This document shows, piece by piece, positions 24,101-32,787 of a stretch of 48,430 nucleotides of DNA. A program made the position numbers and the translations under genes. The notes beneath the pieces are model-generated. The model made no database searches. It was not told the DNA's origin and was given only the letters and a program-made list of their open reading frames with translations. Position 1 is the stretch's first letter, and each line of letters starts with the position of its first letter. The stretch is from a virus. The stretch lies in the IMG/VR virus record IMGVR_UViG_3300005655_000001; one strand, given 5' to 3'.

Positions 24101-27100
24101 AGATGGGCGAAGCGGTGATTGATTGGCGCGGCACCCAGACCAGCAAGTGGGCGCCCAAGGAATTCGCTGACGGCGAACAGGGCGGCAAGGAATACCTGGC
24201 CGCCGTTGCCAAGAGCGCCCGTGATGCGCTCGTTACCGCGATTGGCGATGTTGATTGGGCCACCGGCATGCTGCGGGCCCTGGGCGAAGCCCCCACGCTC
24301 GAAGGCCTGGCCGGGGTGGTCGAGAAGATCAACGCAGCCAAAGCGGCCTTCGTCGGCTTCGGCCAATACATGCCCGTCTTCGCTGCGCAGTCTGACGCTG
24401 CCGTGTCCGCGCTGGTCAAGGCATCGGGCGGTGTGGATGCTCTGGCGGGCAACATGGCCGTGTTCGTGGACGGCTTTTACACCGACGCGGAAAAGCTCGC
24501 AATCAACACCGAAAACGTGCGCACCGCCATCGAGGCGCTGGGCCTTGAAATGCCCACCACCCGCGCCGAATACAAAGCGATGGTGCAGGCCCAGATCGCC
24601 CTGGGCGACGCGGGGGCAACGACCACGGCAGGGCTGCTGGCCGTCTCGGGGGCCTTTGCAGCGGTCGTACCGGCTGTGGACGCCATCAGCGAAGCTATGC
24701 GCCGTCTGCAGTCAGAAACCAGCAGTTTGGAGGTGGACCTACTGCGCGCCCAGGGCGACACCACGGGTGCCGATGCAGCCCAGCGGGCAATCGACACCGA
24801 AGGCCTCACCGCAGCAGAGATTGCGGTGTACGACTACAACCAAGCGTTGCGTGCGCAAATTGAAGCACTGGGCCAGGCCTCGGCCGCATCCGTGGCTGCA
24901 GAGTCTGAGCGGGCCGGCCTGCTCGATCGCTGGGACGCCGCTGTGGACGACTCTGTGCGCCTGCGCGACCGCGAGCGCAACGCCATCGCACAGGCCAACC
25001 TCGCGCTGTGGGACCAGGTGACAGCAATGGAAGCCTTGAAAGAGGCAACCCAAGCCAATGCAGCAGGTAAAGACACGTTTGACAAAACGTACACCACGAC
25101 GCAGGAGCAGCGCGATGCCCTGCAAACGGTCATCAATGACACGTTTTCCATGCTCAAGATCGAGGCCCCAGAGTCCGTCGATTCGTACAAGGCGCTCGAA
25201 TCCTACTTTGGTAATTTGGCAAAACAGGCCAAGTTTGCTTTTGAGGCACTGGGCTCCAGTCGCGGAACCGCCATCAGCCTGATCAACACCGGCAAAGCGG
25301 TGGACGAAAAGGGCGTGCTGCAGGACTACGCCTACTGGGACAAGCGCATCACCGAGATGACCGGCGTTACTGCACGCCCCACATCGGTTGAAGGATTCGA
25401 CGCGCTGGTTACCCAGCTGGGCCAGACCGCGAATGATGCGGCGGGCGACTACACAGCCTTGCTCAAGGCCAGCGAAGCCTATGCCGCGCTTAACAAAATC
25501 GCAGACGGCGTGCCAGAGTCTGTGGGCAATGCTGCTGACGCCATCGGCAACCTGAGCAATGCACTTGCCCAGCAAACAGCCGACATGCTGGACCGCATTT
25601 TTGAGCTCGAAAACGCGGGCAACACCAGCGCGCTGCAGGGTCGCGAACTGGGCAAGCTCGACCCCACGCTGCGCCCGCTGCAAGAACGCATCTGGGCGCT
25701 GGAGCGCGAAGCTGTGGTGATGGGCGAGCAAAAGTCCATCCTCGACCAGATCAACCAGCTCACGATGACCAGCGAGCAGCTGCGCAAGCTGGAGCGCAAC
25801 GCGCTGGACGAAAGCAACCGCGCGCTGTTTGATCGCCTGACGGGCCTGCAAGCCGCCGCAGCAGTGGAGCGGGAGCGCGCAGGCCTGCAAGACGAGCTCA
25901 ACCGCATCGTGATGTCAGAGGACCGGCTGCTGGCCCTGCGCCGCGAGACTTTGAACGAGAGCAACCGGGCACTTTTCGACCAGATCCAGGTGGCGACGAA
26001 AGAAAAAGCCCTCGAAGCAGAACGCGCCGGACTTCAAGACCGCATCAACGGGCTCACGCTGGGCACGGCCGCATTGCGCGACCTCGAAGTGTCGAAACTC
26101 GACGCCAGCAACGGCGCGTTGCTGCGCCGCATCTTTGCCCTCGAAGACGAAAAGCGCGTTGCCGATGAACGCGCCGGGCTGCAAGAACAGATCAACCAGC
26201 TCACGCTCAGCACGGTGGAGTTGCGCGCGCTGGAGATTGCCAAACTCGACGCCAGCAACCGCCCGATGCAGGAACGCATCTGGCTGCTCGAAGAAGAAAA
26301 GCGCGTGGCCGAAGAGCGCAACAACCTGATGACCAGCCTGTACCAGGCCGTGGGCAACACCGGTGCGCTGCGAGCCGATCAGCTTAAGCAACTCGACCCT
26401 GCCAACCGCGCGCTGCAAGAGCAGGTGTGGCAGATCGAGGACGCAAAAACAGCGCTGGAGAAGGCATTGCAGGCAGAGCGCACCAGCGCCCAAGCTGCGC
26501 AGCAGGCCGCACAAGAACGCGTCAGCACGCTGAAGAGCATCTTCGACACGCTCAAGTCTAATGTGGACAGCCTGTACGACTCGGTTGAAGCGACGAAGGC
26601 ATGGGGCGCAGCGCAGGCCAATGCGTTTATCGACAACGCATTGGGCAATGCACGCGCAACAGGCTACATGCCCGAAGCGGATGACCTGGCAGACGCCATC
26701 TCAGGCGCCCGTGGTGGGTTGGACAAAGAGTACGCCACCGAGTTTGAAAAGCAGCGCGACACCTTGGTGCTCGCTGGCAAGCTGGCAGAACTGCAGGGTA
26801 TCAGCGGCGAACAATTGTCGGCTGCCGAGCGGCAACTGAAGGCATCGGAAGCACAGGTAGAAGCCCTTGACGGAATGCAGGCGCAGGGCAAGGCGCTGCT
26901 GGAGAGCCTGAGCGGGAACACGGCTGCAACCCTGAGCATTGCCGACGCCATTGCGAACCTGAGTGCTGCGATCACCGGGGTTGACCCTGGCGCTGCGGGT
27001 GGCGTCCTAGATGGCGCATCGGCTTACACCGGATCGCCCGAAGAAGACGAAGCCCGCGGCGTGTTCGGCGGGGTGCGACCCAGCATCATCAATGCAGCCG

Positions 27101-27588
27101 TGGCGGGCGCCGGAATCGACCCGGCTGCGCAGGCATTGGCCGCGCTGAAAGCTGCTTACGGCGGAGGGATGGATGCACGCCTATATGACAAGTACGTCTC
27201 TGGCGCGGGGTTTGAAAACACCCTCGTTGACGTGCCGGGGTATGCCGATTGGCTGCTGGAGACCGGAAAGGTGGATGAAGACTGGCTGCGCCGTGCGGGC
27301 ATCCCCGGCTTTGCCGTGGGCACCAACTACGTGCCACGCGACATGCTGGCGCAAATCCACGAGGGCGAAGCCATCGTTCCCAAAGCCTACAACCCGGCAG
27401 CGGGCGGCGGCACGCAAAGCAACGCCCGGCTTGAGGCGCTGATCGAGGGCCTGACCAGCCGCGTCCAGGCCCTGCAATCCGAACTTGTGGCGATCAAAAC
27501 CAATACCAGCAGCATGGCAGAAAACCTTGATGAAGTGACCGAAGGCGGCAACGCCATGCGCTCGCGGGCCGTAGGAGTGACCGCATGA
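21163..27588 (+). CDS. Tape measure protein (2141 aa)
   Basis: Position after G/G-T, long coiled-coil content, a Gly/Ala-rich hydrophobic segment and the conserved C-terminal 'GFAVGTNYVPRDMLAQIHEGEAIVP'. Confidence 0.9.
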   Translation: MAERTNPHANLIIGAQDEASPVFEQVGASAKRMADAVKGANEQAGKSSKQFNEELKGSKNEMQGLSDPAVPAAQTFDKATSSMIRQVQRLNAELEAGGARNAAYFEKMASVKGADLSAMAPYLADLKKAEAAQRVATTGLDHMGMSAKQTAAALRQVPMQFTDIVVSLQGGQSAMQVFLQQGGQLKDMFGGAGNAARALGGYVLGLVNPFTIAAAAVAGIAVAYNQGAKEADGYRMALVMTGNAAGTTAAQMQQMAGRISSVVGTQGAAAEALAQMASSGRVASQSLEYFSEVAIKFERTTGTAISETVKRFAELGASPVDASRKLNEETNYLTASIYEQIKALKDQGREADAAALAQNTYADALNNRSAQITQNLGAIEGAWKAIKDAAKSGWDAMLNVGRADSLGTQIDNMRAKIAQAKGQDKNRPFSMPWDTSLADLEKQLSFLTEQERVIRRGAEAQAQRTQAEKEAIAATDALQKTQASGLTNQQKMNKALEEYARHIEKLKATNPASVLLSPDAIARGEKAIRDQFSDKGKGSAGIKAVNKDLADQQRIFAELAGVSSTYYKELAAAQEQRAKGNVSEAQYVAYVNDLVQKQPFAVALAKEEAKAQQTLSKANLDAAASREKYITSLSTGLDKIQADIAAQIESTERMGLSKEAIAELDAAKLEMLATDLELQAVKAMDRNLDQQTYDALKQQAQAYRELGIAKKGGAAKEAALDLEKANAEAAKKAQEDWERASEQINSTLTDALMRGFESGKDFAKNLRDTVVNMFKTMVLRPVISAVLSPVSMALSGLTGAGSAAASQAGGSALGSAGGSLMGSALGGIGAFGTGASYGAASLFANGLTGTLAAGGQMIGAGSVMSGLGTISGALGPIAIGIALIASLIKKSTPHMGAASTYSEAGGLVSNADIYRDSGLADVRTYNAGVEQVTGNVAKAIGDTLNATAKSFGKTAGYEITTAFADDTSKDGAWGSLIIKQMGEAVIDWRGTQTSKWAPKEFADGEQGGKEYLAAVAKSARDALVTAIGDVDWATGMLRALGEAPTLEGLAGVVEKINAAKAAFVGFGQYMPVFAAQSDAAVSALVKASGGVDALAGNMAVFVDGFYTDAEKLAINTENVRTAIEALGLEMPTTRAEYKAMVQAQIALGDAGATTTAGLLAVSGAFAAVVPAVDAISEAMRRLQSETSSLEVDLLRAQGDTTGADAAQRAIDTEGLTAAEIAVYDYNQALRAQIEALGQASAASVAAESERAGLLDRWDAAVDDSVRLRDRERNAIAQANLALWDQVTAMEALKEATQANAAGKDTFDKTYTTTQEQRDALQTVINDTFSMLKIEAPESVDSYKALESYFGNLAKQAKFAFEALGSSRGTAISLINTGKAVDEKGVLQDYAYWDKRITEMTGVTARPTSVEGFDALVTQLGQTANDAAGDYTALLKASEAYAALNKIADGVPESVGNAADAIGNLSNALAQQTADMLDRIFELENAGNTSALQGRELGKLDPTLRPLQERIWALEREAVVMGEQKSILDQINQLTMTSEQLRKLERNALDESNRALFDRLTGLQAAAAVERERAGLQDELNRIVMSEDRLLALRRETLNESNRALFDQIQVATKEKALEAERAGLQDRINGLTLGTAALRDLEVSKLDASNGALLRRIFALEDEKRVADERAGLQEQINQLTLSTVELRALEIAKLDASNRPMQERIWLLEEEKRVAEERNNLMTSLYQAVGNTGALRADQLKQLDPANRALQEQVWQIEDAKTALEKALQAERTSAQAAQQAAQERVSTLKSIFDTLKSNVDSLYDSVEATKAWGAAQANAFIDNALGNARATGYMPEADDLADAISGARGGLDKEYATEFEKQRDTLVLAGKLAELQGISGEQLSAAERQLKASEAQVEALDGMQAQGKALLESLSGNTAATLSIADAIANLSAAITGVDPGAAGGVLDGASAYTGSPEEDEARGVFGGVRPSIINAAVAGAGIDPAAQALAALKAAYGGGMDARLYDKYVSGAGFENTLVDVPGYADWLLETGKVDEDWLRRAGIPGFAVGTNYVPRDMLAQIHEGEAIVPKAYNPAAGGGTQSNARLEALIEGLTSRVQALQSELVAIKTNTSSMAENLDEVTEGGNAMRSRAVGVTA
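25630..26493 (+). repeat. Six in-frame tandem repeats of about 147 bp (49 aa) within the tape measure gene
   Basis: Units start at 25630, 25777, 25924, 26071, 26218 and 26365. The consensus is ..L..LE..KLD.SNR.L..RI..LE.EK...ERAGLQ..IN.LT. Confidence 0.85.
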
Positions 27589-28511
27589 CCACAGCACGCA
27601 TCCTCGTGCCCATCAGCGTGACGGCTGCGATGCTGTCCGCAGGCACCAGCATTGCCGAACCCGACACCACACGCGGCGAAGCGGTATGGGCGTCGGGCAC
27701 CGCCTACACCGTAGGCCAGCGCGTCACCCACAGCGGCAGCGTTTGGGAGGCTGTGGCAAGCAGTACCGGCGTGACACCCGGCACAGACGGCAAGAAGTGG
27801 CTTCGCTTCGGCCCGACAAACCGCATGGCTGCGTTTGACGACTACACCACAACGCGCAGCGTCGGCACCACGTCCATCACTTTCGTGATGCGTCCCGGCT
27901 TTATCAACGGATTAAGACTCGATGGACTCGAAGGCATCCAACTTGTCGCAACGCTCAAAGATGCCCCCGGTGGCACAGTGATATGGACTGAATCTGTGGA
28001 ACTTTTTGAACAAGCACTTGGTTTGTATGAGCTGCTTTTCTCGCCACTGATAGCGCTCAAGGCGGTGTCATTTGACAACCTGCCCCTGTCGCCAGACCCG
28101 GAATTGACGATCACGATTACAGCAGCCAGTGGCGCAGCCGTGGGCGTCGGCTCGATCATGCTAGGCGACTGGCGCCCCCTGATAGGCGACGGCAGTTTCG
28201 GCGGTGCGCAGTACGGCGCTCGTATGGTGCGTAAGAGCTACACCTACTGGGACGAAAAAGACGATGGCACCTACAGCCTGATCCGTCGCCCGTCAAAACG
28301 CGATGTGTCTTGCAGCGTGGCGATAGATGCAAATCAAGCCATGTACGCAGATGCGCTACTTGAAGAAATCACCGACCGACTGGTGGCTTTTGAGGCGTCT
28401 GACCTGCCCAGGTACGGCTACCTGAACACCACCGGTTTTGTGTCTGGCGACATCACGGCTGACAACTTTTCAGTAACCACTCTCGACCTCAATATAAAAG
28501 GGAGCATCTAA
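27585..28511 (+). CDS. Distal tail / minor tail protein with an N-terminal CBM5/12-like motif
   Basis: 308 aa, first gene after the TMP (ATGA overlap), with 'AVWASGTAYTVGQRVTHSGSVWEAVASSTGVTPGTDGKKW'. Confidence 0.55.
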   Translation: MTTARILVPISVTAAMLSAGTSIAEPDTTRGEAVWASGTAYTVGQRVTHSGSVWEAVASSTGVTPGTDGKKWLRFGPTNRMAAFDDYTTTRSVGTTSITFVMRPGFINGLRLDGLEGIQLVATLKDAPGGTVIWTESVELFEQALGLYELLFSPLIALKAVSFDNLPLSPDPELTITITAASGAAVGVGSIMLGDWRPLIGDGSFGGAQYGARMVRKSYTYWDEKDDGTYSLIRRPSKRDVSCSVAIDANQAMYADALLEEITDRLVAFEASDLPRYGYLNTTGFVSGDITADNFSVTTLDLNIKGSI

Positions 28512-28514
28512 TTT

Positions 28515-29963
28515 ATGGCAACCACACCCGTCCCACCATTTGCGGCACCTCCGGACTTCCCGGCTCTGTCAGACCGAGCCACTGGCACATACAACTCCAA
28601 AGCATACGCATGGGCAGAGGCCATGCAGGACACAACCGGCCCCAACATTCATGCCATTGCAGTCACGGCAAAAGCCAATGCTGATGATGGTGCCTTGAGT
28701 GCTATCGCTGCCGCTGCTCAGGTGCCGCTTGCTGCGGCACAAGTGGCGCTGGCAACAACCCAAGCCCAGCTCGCCGCAGATGCAGCGAATGCAGCTGCGG
28801 CGACTGCAGGCGCTACACAATGGGTCAGCGGTACGGTTTACACCGCAGGCTACTGTGTTTGGTCGCCATTCGACCAGCAGGTGTACCGACGCAAAACCGC
28901 TGGAGCAGGGACGATAGACCCCAGCGCAGACGCTGCTAACTGGACGTTTGTTAGCGTAAAGCCCACCATCCCGCGCTCCACCCGCACCAGCAACACCATG
29001 ATCGGTGCTGCCGACAACAGCACGTTGATTGACATCACTAGTGGTACTTTTACACAGACGTTCGATGCTGCTGCCACGCTGGGGGGCGGGTGGTTTTGCT
29101 ATGTCAAGAATAGCGGCACGGGCGATATCACGCTCGATCCAGATGCCGCAGAGCAGATCGATGGGCTGGCCAGCTATGTGATGTATCCCAACGAGGTGCG
29201 ACTGGTGCAGTGCGATGGGGTGGCGCTGCGGAGCGTGGTGCTGAATAGCTTTTACAGAGCATTTACTGCCTCTGGATCATTCGCCAGGCCACCCGGGTAC
29301 AGGGCGTTTGGCTGCGACATCATCTCAGGAGGCAGCGGCGGAGGTGCCGAACGCGGCGGTGGGGGCGGAGGCAGGTATTTGGGTTTCGTGCCCAGCTCCG
29401 TCCTCGCGCCCACGGGGACTGTGACTGTCGGATCTGGGGGAACAGGTAGTACAACAAACACTATTAATCCGGGAGGCGCCAGTAGTTTTGCGGGGGTCAT
29501 TGTGGCCGGGGCTAGCCAAAAACACAGCCCAGGTTACGCCGGGGCGGGCGGGAGTGTTGGGGATGTCAGCGTTAGCACTTCAGTGCTAGCGGGTGGCCTT
29601 TTGGGCGGCTTCGGAAACAACAGTGTTGGGGAGGGGGGGAGTGCTGAATATGGTGGAGGGGGTGGTGCCATAGGTTATGACGGAGGTAGTTCACTCTTCG
29701 GCGGTGGTGGCGGAGGTGGCGCATCTGCACCCAACTACGGCATCGGAGGTAAATCCGGTACCAATGCTGGGGGTACGAAAAACCCATCAGGCAATGGCGG
29801 CAATGGCGCAGCTGCACCGGACTCGCGTTTCTCAGGCGGCGGCGGCGGTGGCGGCTCCAATTTTGGGGGTAACGGTGGGCTACCTGGTGGCGCGGGAGGT
29901 GGCGGCGACGTAAAGGGTGGCGCTGGCGCTCGCGGTGAAATTCGCATCTGGGGGATCATCTAA
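28515..29963 (+). CDS. Tail fibre / receptor-binding candidate with a C-terminal glycine-rich domain
   Basis: 482 aa with a second CBM5/12-like motif 'TQWVSGTVYTAGYCVWSPFDQQVYRRKTAGAGTIDPSADAANW'. The C-terminal 200 aa are dominated by GGxGG runs. Confidence 0.6.
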   Translation: MATTPVPPFAAPPDFPALSDRATGTYNSKAYAWAEAMQDTTGPNIHAIAVTAKANADDGALSAIAAAAQVPLAAAQVALATTQAQLAADAANAAAATAGATQWVSGTVYTAGYCVWSPFDQQVYRRKTAGAGTIDPSADAANWTFVSVKPTIPRSTRTSNTMIGAADNSTLIDITSGTFTQTFDAAATLGGGWFCYVKNSGTGDITLDPDAAEQIDGLASYVMYPNEVRLVQCDGVALRSVVLNSFYRAFTASGSFARPPGYRAFGCDIISGGSGGGAERGGGGGGRYLGFVPSSVLAPTGTVTVGSGGTGSTTNTINPGGASSFAGVIVAGASQKHSPGYAGAGGSVGDVSVSTSVLAGGLLGGFGNNSVGEGGSAEYGGGGGAIGYDGGSSLFGGGGGGGASAPNYGIGGKSGTNAGGTKNPSGNGGNGAAAPDSRFSGGGGGGGSNFGGNGGLPGGAGGGGDVKGGAGARGEIRIWGII

Positions 29964-30493
29964 TGGCACGCTTTGCAATCATCGACGCAGGGCGCGTCAT
30001 CAATCACGCTGAAGCCGATTCGGACTTCGCAGCATCACAGGGCTGGATTCCAGCCGGTGAATCGCGCATGGGGGACTTGTGGGATGGTGGGGTGTTCACG
30101 CCTGCACCGCCGGAGCCACTACCAGAGCGCCAAACCGCCGCATGGGAGCGCATCAAGCAAGAGCGCGACCGGCGCAAATACATGGGCGTCAAGGTAGGCG
30201 CCCACTGGTTCCACAGTGACGACCCTTCACGCATTCAGCAAATCGCTCTGGCGATGATGGGTAACGCCATCCCGGCTGGCCTGATGTGGAAGACGCTCAC
30301 GACAACACCTCCGCCTGTGTTTGTCGAAATGACGCCTGCACTTGCGCAGGGTATCTTCCAAGCAACCGCTGCAAGCGATGCAGCCATCTTTGCTACAGCC
30401 GAAGCGCACCGGGTTGCAATGGAAGCCAGCGCAACGCCGGAGAGCTACGACTGCACTACCGGCTGGCCCGCGTCGATTGAGGATGAAGCATGA
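29963..30493 (+). CDS. DUF4376-like protein (tail fibre-associated)
   Basis: 176 aa with 'WERIKQERDRRKYMGVKVGAHWFHSDDPSRIQ'. Confidence 0.5.
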   Translation: MARFAIIDAGRVINHAEADSDFAASQGWIPAGESRMGDLWDGGVFTPAPPEPLPERQTAAWERIKQERDRRKYMGVKVGAHWFHSDDPSRIQQIALAMMGNAIPAGLMWKTLTTTPPPVFVEMTPALAQGIFQATAASDAAIFATAEAHRVAMEASATPESYDCTTGWPASIEDEA

Positions 30494-30810
30494 GATTCTG
30501 GAAACTACTCAAAGCCTACGGTGAGCAAGTGTTTATCGCGCTTGATCAGCTTGCCAATGCGCTGATTCCGCCACTTGAGGGCACGGTGAGCTATGCAGAC
30601 GAAACCCTGTCTGCCCGCTGCTACCGGGCGCACAGAGACGGAAAACGATTCGGCTTGTGGTTCATGCCGCCCATCGACTGGTTCTTCGGACTGTGGCAAG
30701 GGCCCGGTCACTGCAAGAACGCCTACATCAAGGAGTTTGCGCGAAAGAACTACCCCGAGGAGTATCGGGCAGGTGTGCCGATTTTCGAGCCACGGAGGGC
30801 GAAGTCATGA
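30490..30810 (+). CDS. Hypothetical protein
   Basis: 106 aa, translationally coupled on both sides, with no clear TMD. Confidence 0.55.
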   Translation: MRFWKLLKAYGEQVFIALDQLANALIPPLEGTVSYADETLSARCYRAHRDGKRFGLWFMPPIDWFFGLWQGPGHCKNAYIKEFARKNYPEEYRAGVPIFEPRRAKS

Positions 30811-31235
30811 CAGAACAAATAACAAACCGCAGAGCGGAGGACAAAAACGTGCAGGTTCTCGCAACGAAAATCGAGGGCCTTGCCCAGGACATGAACGAAA
30901 TGAAGCACGGCATCGTCAAAATGGCCGATGCCCTGACAAAACTCGCTATCGTCGAGGAGCGTCAAACGCAGACCATCCTGGCCCAGGAGCGGGCGTTCAA
31001 GGCCCTAGAGCGTGTTGAAGAGCGCCAGCGCACGCACGAACTGCTGTGTCGGGACCAAGACAAAGAAGTGCGCCAGCTCATTGCCGACAGCAACGAACGG
31101 CTATCGACCCGCGTGGCAGAGCTGGAGAAGTCCGAGCCGATGCAGGAGCAGACAAGCACCTGGGTGAAGACGGCCGTGTGGGGGGCTGCGGGGCTGCTTG
31201 CCTTGTTTGTCGCGAAGCAGTTGGGGCTGGTGTGA
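30807..31235 (+). CDS. Coiled-coil protein with a single C-terminal TMD; holin or lysis-regulator candidate
   Basis: 142 aa from ATG 30807 (ATGA overlap). The C-terminus is 'TSTWVKTAVWGAAGLLALFVAKQLGLV'. It is directly upstream of the endolysin. Confidence 0.4.
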   Translation: MTEQITNRRAEDKNVQVLATKIEGLAQDMNEMKHGIVKMADALTKLAIVEERQTQTILAQERAFKALERVEERQRTHELLCRDQDKEVRQLIADSNERLSTRVAELEKSEPMQEQTSTWVKTAVWGAAGLLALFVAKQLGLV

Positions 31236-31732
31236 ACAAGCAGCGCACCGCCATCGGCGCCCTGGTGCTCTCTGCGGCTGGCCTGATCGGGCTGGTGTCG
31301 CACGAAGGCTACCGGGACCGGGCCTATGTACCCATCCCCGGTGACCGGCCCACCGTGGGGTTCGGCAGTACGTTCAACCCGGATGGCTCGCCCGTCAAGA
31401 TGGGTGACACCGTGACGCCACAGAAGGCCCTGCGCATGACGCTGGCGCATGTGGGCAAGGACGAGCTGAACCTCAAGCGGTGCGTGACGGGCGAACTGAG
31501 CCAATCGGAATATGACTTGCTGGTGGACTTTGCCTATAACTACGGGTCCGTCGCCGCGTGCAAGTCCAGCATGGTGCGCCACATCAATGCGGGCAACTAC
31601 ACCGCCGCGTGCCAAGCCTACGGGCAATACCGCTTTGCAGCGGGGCGCGATTGTTCGGACCCCGCCAGCCGCTGCCGTGGCGTGTGGCTGCGCTCTCAGG
31701 AGCGCGTGACAAAGTGCATGGAGGCCCAATGA
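31232..31732 (+). CDS. Phage lysozyme (GH24-like) with an N-terminal SAR/signal-anchor segment
   Basis: GTG 31232 (GTGA overlap). It has a weakly hydrophobic 'TAIGALVLSAAGLIGLV' followed by 'HEGYRDRAYVPIPGDRPTVGFG'. Confidence 0.8.
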   Translation: MNKQRTAIGALVLSAAGLIGLVSHEGYRDRAYVPIPGDRPTVGFGSTFNPDGSPVKMGDTVTPQKALRMTLAHVGKDELNLKRCVTGELSQSEYDLLVDFAYNYGSVAACKSSMVRHINAGNYTAACQAYGQYRFAAGRDCSDPASRCRGVWLRSQERVTKCMEAQ

Positions 31733-32241
31733 CCGCACTGTTCGCCCTGATCCCCCGCTGGGTCTATGCCGCCCTTATTGCCATGCTGGCTGCAACGTCC
31801 TGCAAGTTCAAGTGGGACAAAGACGGCCTGGCGCTGGAAGTCGAAAAGCACAAAGTCGCAGCTGCCAAGCTCGAAGCCACCCAGCAAGCCGCACTTGCCC
31901 GGGCCACGGCAAAGGCCCGCGACACAGAACAGGCCCTTGTCGCCAAGGTCGAAACAATTCAGGAAGAATCCCATGCGCAAATCACTGCTCTTGCTGCTCA
32001 GCGTGACGATCTTCGCCGCAGGCTGCGCGCAGCAGCCACGGCAACCGTCACCGCCCGTAGCCTGTCCGGCCCCGCCAGCGTTGCCGCCATTGCAGCGCCT
32101 GCCGCAGGAGGTGACCGGCCCGAATTTTCTTACGAACTTGGAGACCGTCTTATTTCCGAGGCAGAGCGCGGAGAAAAAATAAGGATTTCCCTTTTGGCCT
32201 GCTACAAGCAGTATGAAGCTGCCCGCGAAGCCCTGAAGTGA
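31729..32241 (+). CDS. i-spanin (Rz-like)
   Basis: 170 aa with an N-terminal TMD 'WVYAALIAMLAATS' and a coiled-coil periplasmic domain. Confidence 0.75.
   Translation: MTALFALIPRWVYAALIAMLAATSCKFKWDKDGLALEVEKHKVAAAKLEATQQAALARATAKARDTEQALVAKVETIQEESHAQITALAAQRDDLRRRLRAAATATVTARSLSGPASVAAIAAPAAGGDRPEFSYELGDRLISEAERGEKIRISLLACYKQYEAAREALK
31973..32182 (+). CDS. o-spanin (Rz1-like lipoprotein), embedded in the +1 frame of the i-spanin gene
   Basis: 69 aa with AGGAAG RBS, signal plus lipobox 'LLLLLSVTIFAAGC', and a proline-rich mature part. Confidence 0.75.
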   Translation: MRKSLLLLLSVTIFAAGCAQQPRQPSPPVACPAPPALPPLQRLPQEVTGPNFLTNLETVLFPRQSAEKK

Positions 32242-32272
32242 CCCAGCGGCGCTAACCCCAACACCACGCGGC

Positions 32273-32548
32273 TCATGGCAGCAGTCCTGCCCATGGGCTT
32301 GGCCGCGCCACTGGCTGAGTCCGTTCAAGCAGGGTGCGTGGCCGCGATGGCCTGCGCTGCGGCTTTCTCTCGCGGTACTCCCGAGACAATTCCAGGTATC
32401 GCTCGCTGCTGCCGCTGTACGTCGCTTTGTAGCTACCGTCATAGCTGACCTCCAGCCGCTCATCCAGCGCGGCGCGGCGCAGCAGCTTGGATGCGTCGGC
32501 TTCTTTGATGCGGTAGCGCTCTGCGAATTCGAGGACGGTCAGGCGCAT
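32273..32548 (-). CDS. Hypothetical protein (last gene of the leftward operon)
   Basis: 91 aa, overlapping the stop of the upstream gene. Confidence 0.5.
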   Translation of the reverse strand: MRLTVLEFAERYRIKEADASKLLRRAALDERLEVSYDGSYKATYSGSSERYLELSREYRERKPQRRPSRPRTLLERTQPVARPSPWAGLLP

Positions 32549-32787
32549 GGCTTGCCCTCCAGCCGCGCACGCAGCGCCTCAAACGCCTTGCGTGAGTCTT
32601 CCGGCCAATCCTCCCAGTCATGCCGATCCAACTTGATGGCAGCGACGAAATTGCGGATCAGCGCCTCGTCCTGCTTGCGGACTTCGGCTTCGACGGCTCG
32701 GCACACACGAACTACCCACACCCCTACATCGTGGCCTTCTGGAACTGAATCAATGGCGCGCTTCAGAGCCTGCTTACTCAGCGCCAT
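32539..32787 (-). CDS. Hypothetical protein
   Basis: 82 aa. Confidence 0.55.
   Translation of the reverse strand: MALSKQALKRAIDSVPEGHDVGVWVVRVCRAVEAEVRKQDEALIRNFVAAIKLDRHDWEDWPEDSRKAFEALRARLEGKPCA

Noticed and set aside
25630-26493. A regularly spaced repeat array that could be mistaken for a CRISPR or VNTR locus.
   Set aside because: The period is 147 bp with no unique spacers. The units are diverged and in frame within the tape measure ORF, so they encode a 49-aa coiled-coil repeat.
29250-29963. Highly repetitive GGC/GGT-rich DNA, considered as a possible simple-sequence repeat, contingency locus or DGR variable region.
   Set aside because: It is in frame and encodes the glycine-rich C-terminal domain of the fibre candidate. 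There is no cognate template repeat elsewhere in the window and no reverse transcriptase gene, so a DGR is not supported.
32242-32272. An attP/integrase module expected between the lysis cassette and the end of the leftward operon, the lambda-like position.
   Set aside because: Only 31 bp separate the convergent genes. No tyrosine or serine recombinase motif was found in any frame of the window.
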